Below, piece by piece: positions 11,675 to 24,565 of a stretch of DNA of 64,000 nt. This DNA is from Eledone cirrhosa (taxonomy: Eukaryota): positions 18,352,001-18,416,000 of the forward strand of contig OZ024759.1 in assembly GCA_964016885.1 (NCBI GenBank). Direction: 5' to 3'. Position numbers and translations under genes: made by a program. The notes under the pieces are model-generated. The model worked only from the letters and a program-made list of their open reading frames with translations. It did not search any database and had not been told where the DNA came from. Positions within the stretch are counted from its first letter, which is position 1, and every line of letters begins with the position of its first letter.

Positions 11675-12214
11675 GTTTCTCCCAAAATTGCTGGCACAAG
11701 GCCAGCAATTTTGGGAGAGGGGAAAGTCGATTAAATCGACCCCAGTACTTTATTTTATCAACCCTGCAAGGAGGAAAGGCAAAGTTAACCTCGACGCATA
11801 GAGTTACGGCCCTTTACGATCTGAGTTCAAATCACGCCGAGGTTCACTTTGCCTTTCATCCTTACGGGATCGATAAAATAAAGTACCAGTAATGCACTGG
11901 GTAATTGCTGGCCTTGTGCCAAAAGTAGAAACAATTATTATTATGGCAAGGAATAGGATGATGGATTGACAGAATCATTGGAGCATCAGACAAAATGCTT
12001 TGTGGTGTTTAGTTATAATTTTCTACATAGTGAGTTCAAATCCCACCACGGTCAACTTTGCCTTTCATCCTTTTTAGGTCAATAAAAAAGTTGATGTTGT
12101 TTAAATTCCAATCAGAGAGTCTTGTGTCTGTTAGAAACCGTCTCTTTCTCTATTGGTAAAATATTTATAAAATCATAAAACCAGAAGAAGATACATACAT
12201 ACATACATTTATGT

Positions 12215-12353
12215 TAGTAACTGCCTCAGTATAAATCTTGAGAAGCTGGGCTTCACAGAAACAGAAAGAACACAACTAGTTAGGAAATTACAAGTACAAT
12301 CCATTAATGGAACAGTAAAAATATGTAAAACATTCCAAAAATTCTACATTTAA
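12215..12353 (+). mobile_element. Possible 3' end of a restriction-like-endonuclease non-LTR retrotransposon
   Basis: Reads CLSINLEKLGFTETERTQLVRKLQVQSINGTVKICKTFQKFYI*, reminiscent of R4/Dong/CRE-type C-termini, inside a (TACA)n tract. By recall only. Confidence 0.4.
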
Positions 12354-12952
12354 TAACTCCATGTACACATTCAAAGCATATGGACATGCACACATATAAT
12401 TCAAAACATACACCTCCACACATACAATAACATCCATACCTGCACACATATGCATACAGATATGCATACATATCTACCTAGTTGATGTTGTACATAATAT
12501 TCCTCTATAAATCTTGATGTAATTTTATCTGAACAACAATACACCATGATCACACTTCTTATAAACGTGTCATTATATTTATCACTCAAGCTCAAAAATC
12601 AATTTCAAACAAGTTTATAATTATATGATTTCCTTATTCAATTACAAGTTTGTCCAGTTTGATTAACACCTGGGCAGGTAGAAATCAGCAATATCTTCCT
12701 GCTTCACCCACCTCGGAACCATCTTCGTTTATTGTGAATAAGTGTATTATGTAAGTTACACATAATACAGATATTGCAAAAACCAAATAAGCTAAAGTGA
12801 CAATGTCAATACTTCCATTAGGAACATTTGGGAATAATCTTAAAGATATGAAGGAACTTCATATTATATTTGTGTCTTTGTTCTGTGAACTATTATTCCC
12901 AATTGGTAAGTTTAGCTTGTGTATTAGATAAAAAGTGCAGGTAATGAAATCA

Positions 12953-14000
12953 TTAACCCTTTCCTATCCATATATCTACTGAAATACAGTCTATTTCAAT
13001 TAATTAATGAAGAATTTTGAGGGATTTATTAAAATTATCAATTATTTCATTACTAAGATAATAACTTAATGTAAGGTTCTTATATGAAATTATATTGGAA
13101 GAGTTTAATTTAAATTGGAAACCTTTAAAATGGGTGGTTCTATTTCAACGAACCTGAGCCAGTTTTGGCCAGGCTGGTAACTAAATGGTCAAGCCATTTA
13201 CGACCATATTTCTAACAAGAATATACTGCTTTTGTAATTTAATAACCAAAATAGTTGAAAATTATAAGAGGCTTAGTAAAATAACTTACTTTTAACGAAA
13301 TAAATAGATAAAAATATACGAAACTAGTGTCTTTTTATTCATCTTCTAAAGACACAGTTTTAGCCTGTCCTTAATGCTAAGATGTTGGTAAATCTGCCTG
13401 CTATGTCTAGCATCTCAAAGGACCATGTAGAAGCTTTCTATTTTTCATGTCAAACCTTTCGTTGCCATATTTCTAATGAAAGACACTACCTATGATATTC
13501 GAATAATTTTGAAAATAACCCAGCATTTGCAAAGATTTAGTAATACAACTAATTTCTCATTATTTATCTGGTGTTTGGAACAAAACTAATCTACGCGTCT
13601 TACATAATTATGATGGAAAGATTTTGGATAAATATAAAATATTTTAACACTTTCCTTACCATATTTCTTATGAAAGACATTGTCTGATTTTTTAATCATT
13701 TTGAAAATAACCAAGAATTTGCAAAGTTTTAATAATATAACTGACTTCTCATTAAGTTGGTGTTTGAAACATAACTTAACTTCTAACATAAAATTATGAT
13801 GGAAAGATTTTAGATAAATATAAGATATTTTAACCCTTTCTTTACCATATTTCTTCATTTTGAAAATTACCAAGAATTTGGAAGGAATTAGTAATACAAA
13901 TTACTTTCTCATTATTTATCTGGAGCTTGGAAGATAACATAAGAAAGTTTCATAAATAAGATTATGATGGAAGGGTTTTAGATAAATATAGACACTTTAA
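12953..14000. mobile_element. AT-rich piggyBac-like MITE and tandem degenerate derivatives (also ~56945-57740)
   Basis: ttaa|ccctttc at 12953 and ggtaactaaatggtcaa at ~13175-13192. Repeated units begin aaccctttc.ttaccatatttcta and end attatgatggaa.gattttagataaatata. Confidence 0.5.
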
Positions 14001-14639
14001 TATATATCCAAAATTAAATTAAATTAAGGGAGTCATGTCCGAGACATGCGCCATATCCACCGTAGAATTTGTTCAAAGATCCGAGCATTTTATATCAACT
14101 ATAAATTGATTGACATATATATATATTTAAACTAAACACATGAAACAATCACAGGGGATAATTTGTAAAAAGTGTGTAATCACACACAGCTAGGTAGGTA
14201 ACTAATTCAAGCTTAACTAGAATTTCAAATATTACCTTTTAAGAATGATTAATCTTCCTTGTATATATTTCATTAAAGAAATATATTTCACCATTAATCC
14301 GTAAAGTCACAGTAGTCAAATCCTGGATCTTCAGCAAGGGAGAAGATTTAACTATCTGTGTTTACACATCAAATGCAAATCTGCGAATGACCTGTCGTAC
14401 ATGTTGCATTTTTAAAACTACACACATTGTACCAGCGTCATCCCAGTGGCATGAATAGGGTTATCGACAGCTAGAAATAGCAGCCGAGTCCTTTCAACTG
14501 AGTTAGCTCTACAATTAAGGGGCCGTGTATATATCCAAAATTAAAGTGAATTAAGGGAACCATGTCCGAGACATGTGCCATAAGCAGTTTTCTATCATAG
14601 AACCAAGAGTGGATTAGCTGGCTTGGTATCAAAACATTG

Positions 14640-15480
14640 ATGCTCATAATGTTATTGTTGGTGATGATGATGATGATGATGAAGATGATGTTGTTGGTGG
14701 TGGTTGAGGGTGGCATTTGTGGCTAATGATGATGATATTGTGATTGTTGTTGTTGTTGTTGATGATGATGATATTGTTGTTGGCATGATAATGATATTGT
14801 GATTGTTGTTGATGTTGTTGTCGATGATAATGATGATGATGATGGTGATGATGGTGATGATGGTGATGATGATGGTGGTGGTGGTGGTGATATTGTTGAA
14901 AAAGTAGATGATGATGGTGATGCTGTTGTTGATGGTGGTGGTGGTGGTGGTGGTGGTGGTGGTGATATTGTTGAAAAAGTAGATGATGATGGTTGTTGTT
15001 GATGGTGATGCTGTTGTTGATGGTGATGATGATGATGGTGGTGGTGGTGGTGATATTGTTGAAAAAGTAGATGATAGTGATGTTAATGGTGATGGTGATG
15101 TTGATGATGGTGATGATGATGATGGTGATGGTGATATTGTTGAAAAAGTAGATGATGATGGTGGTGTTAATGGTGATGCTGTTGTTGATGGTGGTGGTGG
15201 TGGTGGTGGTGGTGATATTGTTGAAAAAGTAGATGATGATGGTTGTTGTTGATGGTGATGCTGTTGTTGATGGTGATGATGATGATGGTGGTGGTGGTGG
15301 TGATATTGTTGAAAAAGTAGATGATAGTGATGTTAATGGTGATGGTGATGTTGATGATGGTGATGATGATGATGGTGATGGTGATATTGTTGAAAAAGTA
15401 GATGATGATGGTGGTGTTAATGGTGATGCTGTTGTTGATGGTGATGATGATGATGGTGATGATGATGATGCTGATGAAGC
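14640..15480. repeat. (GAT/GGT)n compound repeat with 250-bp duplication
   Basis: gatattgttgaaaaagtagatgat recurs. The 14983 and 15233 blocks are near-identical. Confidence 0.9.
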
Positions 15481-16109
15481 AGCAGTTGTTGTTGTAGCTG
15501 TTGTAGTTGTAACTATCATCAGTGTTTCTTCAAAAGTAAGATAATTGTTTCTACTTTTGGCACAAGGCCAGCAATTACCCCAGTGCATTACTGGTACTTT
15601 ATTTTATCGACCCCCGTAAGGATGAAAGGCAAAGTTAACCTCGACGGGATTTGAACTCAGTCAGTAAAAGGCCGTAACTCTATGCTGCAAAGCCACCACC
15701 CTTGATGGTGATGATAATAATTGTTTCTACTTTTGGCACAAGGCCAGCAATTATCCCAGTGCATTACTGGTACTTTATTTTTTTTCGACCCCGTAAGGAT
15801 GAATGTCAAAGTTAACCTCGGCGGGATTTGAACTCAGACCATAAAGGGCCGTAACTCTATGCTTCAAAGCATGGCGTCTGACCCTCTACCGATACTGCCA
15901 ATCCAAGTAAGATAATGATGGTGAAATTATCAGAAAGCAAAATTCAGTTGTGTGTGTGATTGTTTTGTGGTGGGGTAGGAGGGGGACGAAGGGGTTGGGG
16001 TGGGGGCCTGTTTTTCAGGATATTTCACTGGTGCCACTGATGAGTGCATGGCAGGTTTTTTAATTTGGGCCTTCCATTCCATGTCATACCATTTGATGTA
16101 AAGTAGTAG

Positions 16110-18665
16110 TGTGAGAAGTGGCAGTGGTGGCAGTGATAGTGGTTGTGGTGGAGGTGTTGGTAGTGGTAGCAGTGATAGTAGTGGTGGTAGTGGTGGCGGT
16201 GGTGGTGGTGGTGGCGGTGGAGGTGGCAGTGATAGTGGTGGTGGTGGAGGTGGCAGCAGTGGTGGTGGTAGTGGTGGAGGTGGTGGTGGTGGAGGTTGTG
16301 GTGGTAGTGCTCTGTGGTGTTGGTGATGGGTTCATGGAAAGAAAGAAAGGAAGGCAAGAAGAATGAAAAGGAGGAAATTTAACAATGAAGGGGTTTCTCT
16401 GTTTTTTCTTTCCAGCTTGTCAGTTTATATTTGTGTGCACTGTTTTGGCAGCTTACATAATAAGGTTTACGCAACTGGTGGCTGTTGTCAGGATTGTTGT
16501 TGTGGTGGTGGTGGTGGTGGTTAAGGTATTGTTGGTGTTGGTGGTGGGGGTGGGGGTGGTTAAGGTATTGTTGGTGGTTAAGGTATTGTTGGTGTTGGTG
16601 GTGGTGGTTAAGGTATTGTTGGTGTTGGTGGTTAAGGTATTGTTGGTGTTGGTGGTGGGGGTGGGGGTGGTTAAGGTATCGTTGGTGTTGGTGTTGGTGG
16701 TTAAGGTATTGTTGGTGTTGGTGGTGGGGGTGGGGGTGGTTAAGGTATCGTTGGTGTTGGTGGTGGTGGTTAAGGTATTGTTGGTGTTGGTGGTTAAGGT
16801 ATTGTTGGTGTTGGTGGTGGGGGTGGGGGTGGTTAAGGTATCGTTGGTGTTGGTGGTGGTGGTTAAGGTATTGTTGGTGTTGGTGGTTAAGGTATTGTTG
16901 GTGTTGGGGGTGGGGGTGGTTAAGGTATCGTTGGTGTTGGTGGTGGTGGTTAAGGTATTGTTGGTGTTGGTGGTTAAGGTATTGTTGGTGTTGGTGGTGG
17001 GGGTGGGGGTGGTTAAGGTATTGTTGGTGGTGGTGGTTAAGGTATTGTTGGTGTTGGTGGTTAAGGTATTGTTGGTGTTGGTGGTTAAGGTATTGTTGGT
17101 GTTGGTGGTGGGGGTGGGGGTGGTTAAGGTATTGTTGGTGTTGGTGGTGGTGGTTAAGGTATTGTTGGTGTTGGTGGTTAAGGTATTGTTGGTGTTGGTG
17201 GTGGGGGTGGGGGTGGTTAAGGTATCGTTGGTGTTGGTGGTGGTGGTTAAGGTATTGTTGGTGTTGGTGGTTAAGGTATTGTTGGTGTTGGGGGTGGGGG
17301 TGGTTAAGGTATCGTTGGTGTTGGTGGTGGTGGTTAAGGTATTGTTGGTGTTGGTGGTTAAGGTATTGTTGGTGTTGGGGGTGGGGGTGGTTAAGGTATC
17401 GTTGGTGTTGGTGGTGGTGGTTAAGGTATTGTTGGTGTTGGTGGTTAAGGTATTGTTGGTGTTGGTGGTGGGGGTGGGGGTGGTTAAGGTATTGTTGGTG
17501 TTGGTGGTGGTGGTTAAGGTATTGTTGGTGTTGGTGGTTAAGGTATTGTTGGTGTTGGTGGTGGGGGTGGGGGTGGTTAAGGTATCGTTGGTGTTGGTGG
17601 TGGTGGTTAAGGTATTGTTGGTGTTGGTGGTTAAGGTATTGTTGGTGTTGGTGGTGGGGGTGGGGGTGGTTAAGGTATCGTTGGTGTTGGTGGTGGTGGT
17701 TAAGGTATTGTTGGTGTTGGTGGTTAAGGTATTGTTGGTGTTGGTGGTGGGGGTGGTTAAGGTATCGTTGGTGTTGGTGGTTAAGGTATTGTTGGTGTTG
17801 GTGGTGGTGGTGGTGGTGGTTAAGGTATTGTTGGTGTTGGTGGTGGTGGTGGTTAAGGTATTGTTGGTGGTGGTGGTGGTGGTGGTTAAGGTATTGTTGG
17901 TGTTGGTGGTGGTGGTGGTTAAGGTATTGTTGGTGGTGGGGGTGGGGGTGGTGGTTAAGGTATTGTTGGTGTTGGTGGTGGTGGTGGTTAAGGTATTGTT
18001 GGTGTTGGTGGTGGGGGTGGTGGTGGTGGTTAAGGTATTGTTGGTGGTGGTGGTGGTTAAGGTATTGTTGGTGGTGGTGGTGGTTGTGGTTAAGGTATTG
18101 TTGGTGTTGGTGGTGGTGGTGGTTAAGGTATTGTTGGTGGTGGTTGTGGTTAAGGTATTGTTGGTGGTGGTGGTGGTTGTGGTTAAGGTATTGTTGGTGG
18201 TGGTGGTGGTTGTGGTTAAGGTATTGTTGGTGGTGGTGGTGGTTAAGGTATTGTTGGTGGTGGTGGTGGTTGTGGTTAAGGTATTGTTGGTGGTGGTGGT
18301 GGTTAAGGTATTGTTGGTGGTGGTGGTGGTTGTGGTTAAGGTATTGTTGGTGGTGGTGGTGGTTGTGGTTAAGGTATTGTTGGTGTTGGTGGTGGTTAAG
18401 GTATTGTTGGTGGTGGTGGTGGTGGTGGTTAAGGTATTGTTGGTGGTGGTGGTTAAGGTATTGTTGGTGGTGGTGGTTAAGGTATTGTTGGTGTTGGTGG
18501 TGGGGGTGGTGGTGGTGGTTAAGGTATTGTTGGTGTTGGTGGTGGTGGTTAAGGTATTGTTGGTGTTGGTTGTAGGGGTTGTTGATATTGTTTTTGATGA
18601 CCTTGGTGGTGAATGTTGAGGTGTTATTGTTGTTGTTGTTGTTGAAGATGGTGGTGGTGGTGGTG
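16110..18665. repeat. G/T-rich (GGT)n minisatellite with ggttaaggtattgttggtg core
   Basis: Directly visible. Explains the 744-aa and 696-aa low-complexity ORFs. Confidence 0.97.
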
Positions 18666-18748
18666 TTCTGATTGAAAGTGACCTAGGATGTTTGGGGTGC
18701 TCTGGTTGAAAAGTTCAATTAGATTGCATGAGGTGGTGGAAATGAGTA

Positions 18749-20836
18749 TTTGCATGCATACGTGTGTGTTTGCATGCATACGTGTGTGTTTGCATGCATA
18801 CGTGTGTGTTTACATGCATACGTGTGTGTTTGCATGCATACGTGTGTGTTTACATGCATACGTGTGTGTTTGCATGCATACGTGTGTGTTTGCATGCATA
18901 CGTGTGTGTTTGCATGCATACGTGTGTGTTTACATGCATACGTGTGTGTTTGCATGCATACATGTGTGTTTGCATGCATACGTGTGTGTTTGCATGCATA
19001 CGTGTGTGTTTGCATGCATACGTGTGTGTTTGCATGCATACGTGTGTGTTTACATGCATACGTGTGTGTTTGCATGCATACGTGTGTGTTTACATGCATA
19101 CGTGTGTGTTTGCATGCATACGTGTGTGTTTGCATGCATACGTGTGTGTTTGCATGCATACGTGTGTGTTTACATGCATACGTGTGTGTTTGCATGCATA
19201 CATGTGTGTTTGCATGCATACGTGTGTGTTTGCATGCATACGTGTGTGTTTGCATGCATACGTGTGTGTTTGCATGCATACGTGTGTGTTTGCATGCATA
19301 CGTGTGTGTTTGCATGCATACGTGTGTGTTTGCATGCATACGTGTGTGTTTGCATGCATACGTGTGTGTTTGCATGCATACGTGTGTGTTTGCATGCATA
19401 CGTGTGTGTTTGCATGCATACGTGTGTGTTTGCATGCATACGTGTGTGTTTGCATGCATACGTGTGTGTTTGCATGCATACGTGTGTGTTTGCATGCATA
19501 CGTGTGTGTTTGCATGCATACGTGTGTGTTTGCATGCATACGTGTGTGTTTGCATGCATACGTGTGTGTTTGCATGCATACGTGTGTGTTTGCATGCATA
19601 CGTGTGTGTTTGCATGCATACGTGTGTGTTTGCATGCATACGTGTGTGTTTGCATGCATACGTGTGTGTTTGCATGCATACATGTGTTTGCATGCATACG
19701 TGTGTGTTTGCATGCATACGTGTGTGTTTGCATGCATACGTGTGTGTTTGCATGCATACGTGTGTGTTTGCATGCATACGTGTGTGTTTGCATGCATACG
19801 TGTGTGTTTGCATGCATACGTGTGTGTTTGCATGCATACGTGTGTGTTTGCATGCATACGTGTGTGTTTGCATGCATACGTGTGTGTTTGCATGCATACG
19901 TGTGTGTTTGCATGCATACGTGTGTGTTTGCATGCATACGTGTGTGTTTGCATGCATACGTGTGTGTTTGCATGCATACGTGTGTGTTTGCATGCATACG
20001 TGTGTGTTTGCATGCATACGTGTGTGTTTGCATGCATACGTGTGTGTTTGCATGCATACGTGTGTGTTTGCATGCATACGTGTGTGTTTGCATGCATACG
20101 TGTGTGTTTGCATGCATACGTGTGTGTTTGCATGCATACGTGTGTGTTTGCATGCATACGTGTGTGTTTGCATGCATACGTGTGTGTTTGCATGCATACG
20201 TGTGTGTTTGCATGCATACGTGTGTGTTTGCATGCATACGTGTGTGTTTGCATGCATACGTGTGTGTTTGCATGCATACGTGTGTGTTTGCATGCATACG
20301 TGTGTGTTTACATGCATACGTGTGTGTTTGCATGCATACGTGTGTGTTTGCATGCATACGTGTGTGTTTGCATGCATACGTGTGTGTTTGCATGCATACG
20401 TGTGTGTTTGCATGCATACGTGTGTGTTTGCATGCATACGTGTGTGTTTGCATGCATACGTGTGTGTTTGCATGCATACGTGTGTGTTTGCATGCATACG
20501 TGTGTGTTTGCATGCATACGTGTGTGTTTGCATGCATACGTGTGTGTTTGCATGCATACGTGTGTGTTTGCATGCATACGTGTGTGTTTGCATGCATACG
20601 TGTGTGTTTGCATGCATACGTGTGTGTTTGCATGCATACGTGTGTGTTTGCATGCATACGTGTGTGTTTGCATGCATACGTGTGTGTTTGCATGCATACG
20701 TGTGTGTTTGCATGCATACGTGTGTGTTTGCATGCATACGTGTGTGTTTGCATGCATACGTGTGTGTTTGCATGCATACGTGTGTGTTTGCATGCATACG
20801 TGTGTGTTTGCATGCATACGTGTGTGTTTGCATGCA
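18749..20836. repeat. 20-bp satellite (tgcatgcatacgtgtgtgtt)n, ~104 copies
   Basis: Highly homogeneous, with a few tacatg variants and one 2-nt deletion near 19681. Confidence 0.98.
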
Positions 20837-20894
20837 CACGCATGTGTGTTTTTCTGTGTACAAGTGTGTGTAAAGTTGTAGATAAAGAGGGATA

Positions 20895-21840
20895 TCATCA
20901 TCATCATCATCATCAACGTTTAACGTCCGTGTTCCACGCTTGCATGGGTTTGGACGGGGGTAGTCCCACTTGAGGCAAGAGTGATTGTCTTGCTCGCATA
21001 GGACTGTCTGGCAGGTTTTCTACAGTTGGATGCCCTTCCTAACACCAACCACGTTTACAGTGTGGGTCTGGGAGGTTTTTACCGTGTTGCCTACACGGCC
21101 ACATTACAGCGTGGACTGTGTGTTTTTTTGTCGTGACACCTACACGATCTCATTTGTTTCGGCCTCGATGGCGCGGCACCAACATAACTTTACATAGAAC
21201 GGGGTGGTGTGGATGGGGTGGGGGTGGTGGCGGGACGGGGTGTATTTTGTTAGAGATGCCTACTGGCAAGGCGGGTCTTCTCTGTTACTGAGTACCGCCA
21301 AAGGTTTCGGTCCAGTGACATTGTCTTGGAGAGGTGTAAGTGTGTGAGGTCGGAGTTTATCAGCTCATCCCATGTTTTTCTAGGTCTGCCTATTCCGTGG
21401 CTACCGTCTATCTTTATTGCCCTGCACTTTGTTATACAGCTATCGACTTTCATGCGCATCACGTGTCCATACCAATGCAGCCTTCTCTCGAGTAAACAAC
21501 ATCTGATCCCTCTTATCTCTAATTTTTTCCTTAGTTCGTTTATGCTTTGCCGTTCACGTATATTACTGTTACACATCCAGCGGAGCATGCAAGCTTCGTT
21601 CCTCTCTAGTCTGCGTATATCCTCTGCACACAATGCCCAGGTCTCACTACCATGCAACATTGCTGTTCGTTTGCAGGCATCGTACAACCTGCCTTTCATT
21701 TTTAGGGAGAACCCTTTAGCAGCTAATAGTGGTATAAGCTCTCTGAACTTTTTCCAACCAGTTCTGACTCTAGCTACAGTACTTTCAGAGCACCCTCCCC
21801 CACTGCTGATTTTATCGCCCAGGTAACGGAAGCTGTCCAC
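20895..21840 (-). mobile_element. 5'-truncated RTE LINE, same family as 6635-8226
   Basis: Reverse complement is near-identical to 7277-8226. (CAT)n tail at 20895-20914. Confidence 0.95.
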
Positions 21841-22059
21841 GCTGTAATGTGGCCGTGTAGGCAACACGGTAAAAACCTCCCAGACCCACACTGTAAATGT
21901 GGTTGGTGTTAGGAAGGGCATCCAACTGTAGAAAACCTGCCAGACAGTCCTATGCGAGCAAGACAATCACTCTTGCCTCAAGTGGGACTACCCCCGTCCA
22001 AACCCATGCAAGCGTGGAACACGGACGTTAAACGTTGATGATGATGATGATGATGATGA

Positions 22060-22063
<4 letters not shown>
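21835..22063 (+). mobile_element. RTE LINE 3' UTR fragment fused head-to-head to the previous copy
   Basis: Matches 8005-8226. The junction shares gtccac (21835-21840). Confidence 0.93.
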
Positions 22064-22105
<42 letters not shown>

Positions 22106-22369
22106 ACAGGTCAACATCATCTGAAGCAAGAAAGGCAAGTCAGATTACTGCGTTTTGTTGATTCATTCTATTTTACCTTTGTTTCTATCACTTGATGGCC
22201 TTCATAGTCAATGACTTCAGTGTGTACCAGGCTTATTTTCTCATGGAGCAATCATTAGCAAGTGTCAGGGTGGATTGGGTGCATTTTATGTTGGCACTTG
22301 TACTACCACTTCACAGTGTGGGTTTGCAGCAAGTTATAACATCACGAAAACTACCACTTCACAATGTGG

Positions 22370-22730
22370 CCTGGGTGCATTTTATCATGACACCAGAAAT
22401 ACTTCTTTACAAAATGAGCTGGATGCATTTTATCATGACACCAGAAATACTTCTTTACAAAATGAGCTGGATGCATTTTATCATGACACCAGAAATACTT
22501 CTTTACAAAATGAGCTGGATACATTTTATCATGACACCAGAAATACTTCTTTACAAAATGAGCTGGATGCATTTGACCATGGCACCAGAAATACTTCTTT
22601 ACAAAATGAGCTGGTTGCATTTGACCATGACACCAGAAATACTTCTTTACAAAATGAGCTGGTTGCATTTGACCATGACACCAGAAATACTTCTTTACAA
22701 AATGAGCTGGTTGCATTTTATCATGACTCC
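22370..22730. repeat. 48-bp minisatellite, ~7.5 copies
   Basis: ggatgcattttatcatgacaccagaaatacttctttacaaaatgagct. Confidence 0.92.
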
Positions 22731-23112
22731 AGCACTCTCACTTTACTGAGTGCACTGGGTGTATTTATTGTAGTATCACTATTACCAATTTGCATAGCTT
22801 TCCCAACACTACCATTTTATAGCATTGGTTGAATACAATCCGATGAGTCAGAACTCTAGTGGGGGTTACTGATTTTTTAGGTATGCTGGAGGCTTGCTGT
22901 CTCTCTTAAGTTACATTTATTTACTCTATTATGGGTTCAGTTAAGCTGGGAGGCAACCCCCCCCCCCCCCCCATCTTACTTACAAATGTTCTCACACTCT
23001 ACCAATCTGATTAATTGGATGACATCATGAAACTCTTAGTACCAAAGAAAACATATCTCTTTCAATTTATATATATGTATTTTAATTAACATATGTATGT
23101 GTATATACATAC

Positions 23113-23156
<44 letters not shown>

Positions 23157-23227
23157 CAACAGAAGGCTTGACTGGAAATACCCTTTTAAAGTTTTGATGT
23201 TGCAAAAAACACTATACGTATTTCAAT

Positions 23228-23568
23228 CATCATCATTTCATTTCATTTTACGTCCGCTTTTTCCCTGCTTGCAAGGGTGGGACGGGAACTGATTCTGGCT
23301 TGATTTCTACAGCTGGATGCCCTTCCTAACACCAACCTCATTTACAGTGAGTGCTGGGTGCTTTTTTGCTGTGGCACCTCCACAACCACTTTGCAGTGGA
23401 ATGATAGGGACCCCAGTCCCTATCATCTCATTTCTACAGCTGAGTAAACTGGAGCAATGTGAAATAAAGTGCCTTGCTCAAGGAAACAACACATCACCCG
23501 GTCTGAGAATTGAACTCACAACCTTTCGATTGCAAGGCCAATGCTCTAACCACTAAGCCATATGCTTC
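23228..23568 (-). mobile_element. SINE family A. Other copies: 24565-24853(-), 27558-27803(+), 32062-32373(-), 36894-37230(-), 38781-39122(+), 42702-43042(+), 51501-51836(-), 54717-55068(+), 55134-55571(+), 59160-59510(-), 63578-63922(-)
   Basis: Near-identical ~340-bp sequence with tRNA head and (GAT)n tail. Source of the recurring MPFLTPTSFTVSAG pseudo-ORF. Confidence 0.93.
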
Positions 23569-23625
23569 AATGGTTATGATTATTAACCGAAATGACCAGT
23601 TATACCAATTGGTTTACCAAACAAC

Positions 23626-23656
<31 letters not shown>

Positions 23657-23669
23657 AGCAAAAGAATAT

Positions 23670-23717
23670 ATAAGCTCTGATGATTACCAACACTATGAAA
23701 CAGATCTGTCAGCTTAT
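23670..23717 (+). ncRNA. Type I hammerhead ribozyme motif, canonical core
   Basis: ataagct CTGATGA ttaccaacactat GAAA cagatctg TC agcttat. 7-bp stem I, palindromic stem III, GUC triplet, weak stem II. Confidence 0.75.
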
Positions 23718-24495
23718 CCTCCTTTGTTTGTTGAAAAAAGAAGTAAGTGACATAGTCACTACTTTAAAATAATAGCGCAAGGTCTTCAAAATGTTTTTAA
23801 ATAAGCATACAGTATATTGCCCAATATACTATACATACATTCATGTATACATTGCTATTTCAGAGCACCAATTCTAATTTTATATATATGTATATATATA
23901 TTATTATTATTATTTTGGCGGTGGATTGGCAGTATCGGTAGAGGGTTGGACGCCATGCTTTCCAGCATAGTTACGTCCCTTTACGATCTGAGTTCAAATC
24001 CTGCCGAGATTGACTTTGCCTTTCATCCTTACAGGGTCGATAAAATAAAATACCAGTAATGCACTGGGTAATTGCTGGCCTTGTGCCTAAAGTAGAAACA
24101 ATTATTGTTATTAAGCTAAAAATATATATATTCCATCAGAGATATATCTCATAATTGGTGCAGGAACGTAGTTAAATACACTTCAATGCTATTTCGTTAA
24201 AGCATATTTCATCATCATCATCATCCCTGTTTAACAATCAGTATCAATGCTTATATGGGTTAGCTGGGTTGTCACATTATGAGATTAGTCAAGTCAGGTG
24301 ATCATGTCTTTCTCATAAAAATCTGTTTTTTGGCTTGCTCTCTATGGTTGGACGGTCTTCTTAATGCAAACTGCATTACAATGTAGACTGAGTGCTTTAT
24401 ATCATGGCACCAGAGCAACCACCAAGCAGGGTGAACAAGTTTCTTTTAGTTGGCACCAGCATGTCTACCTAACAGTTTTAACTGGGTGCTTTTGT

Positions 24496-24565
<70 letters not shown>

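Noticed and set aside
16500-18560. Interstitial telomeric repeat
   Set aside because: The core is ggTTAAGGta within a GGT-rich unit, not tandem TTAGGG.
16385-20973. 700+ aa ORFs (poly-V/W and CMHTCVFAC repeats)
   Set aside because: Open in several frames and on both strands only because the satellites lack stop codons.
21250-21966. 238-aa novel fusion protein
   Set aside because: Chance in-frame join of antisense RTE 3' UTR to a truncated RTE ORF at the inversion junction.
23317-23556. Recurring 79-aa ORF MPFLTPTSFTVSAG...
   Set aside because: Antisense reading of SINE family A. Conservation reflects young copies, and several copies are disrupted.
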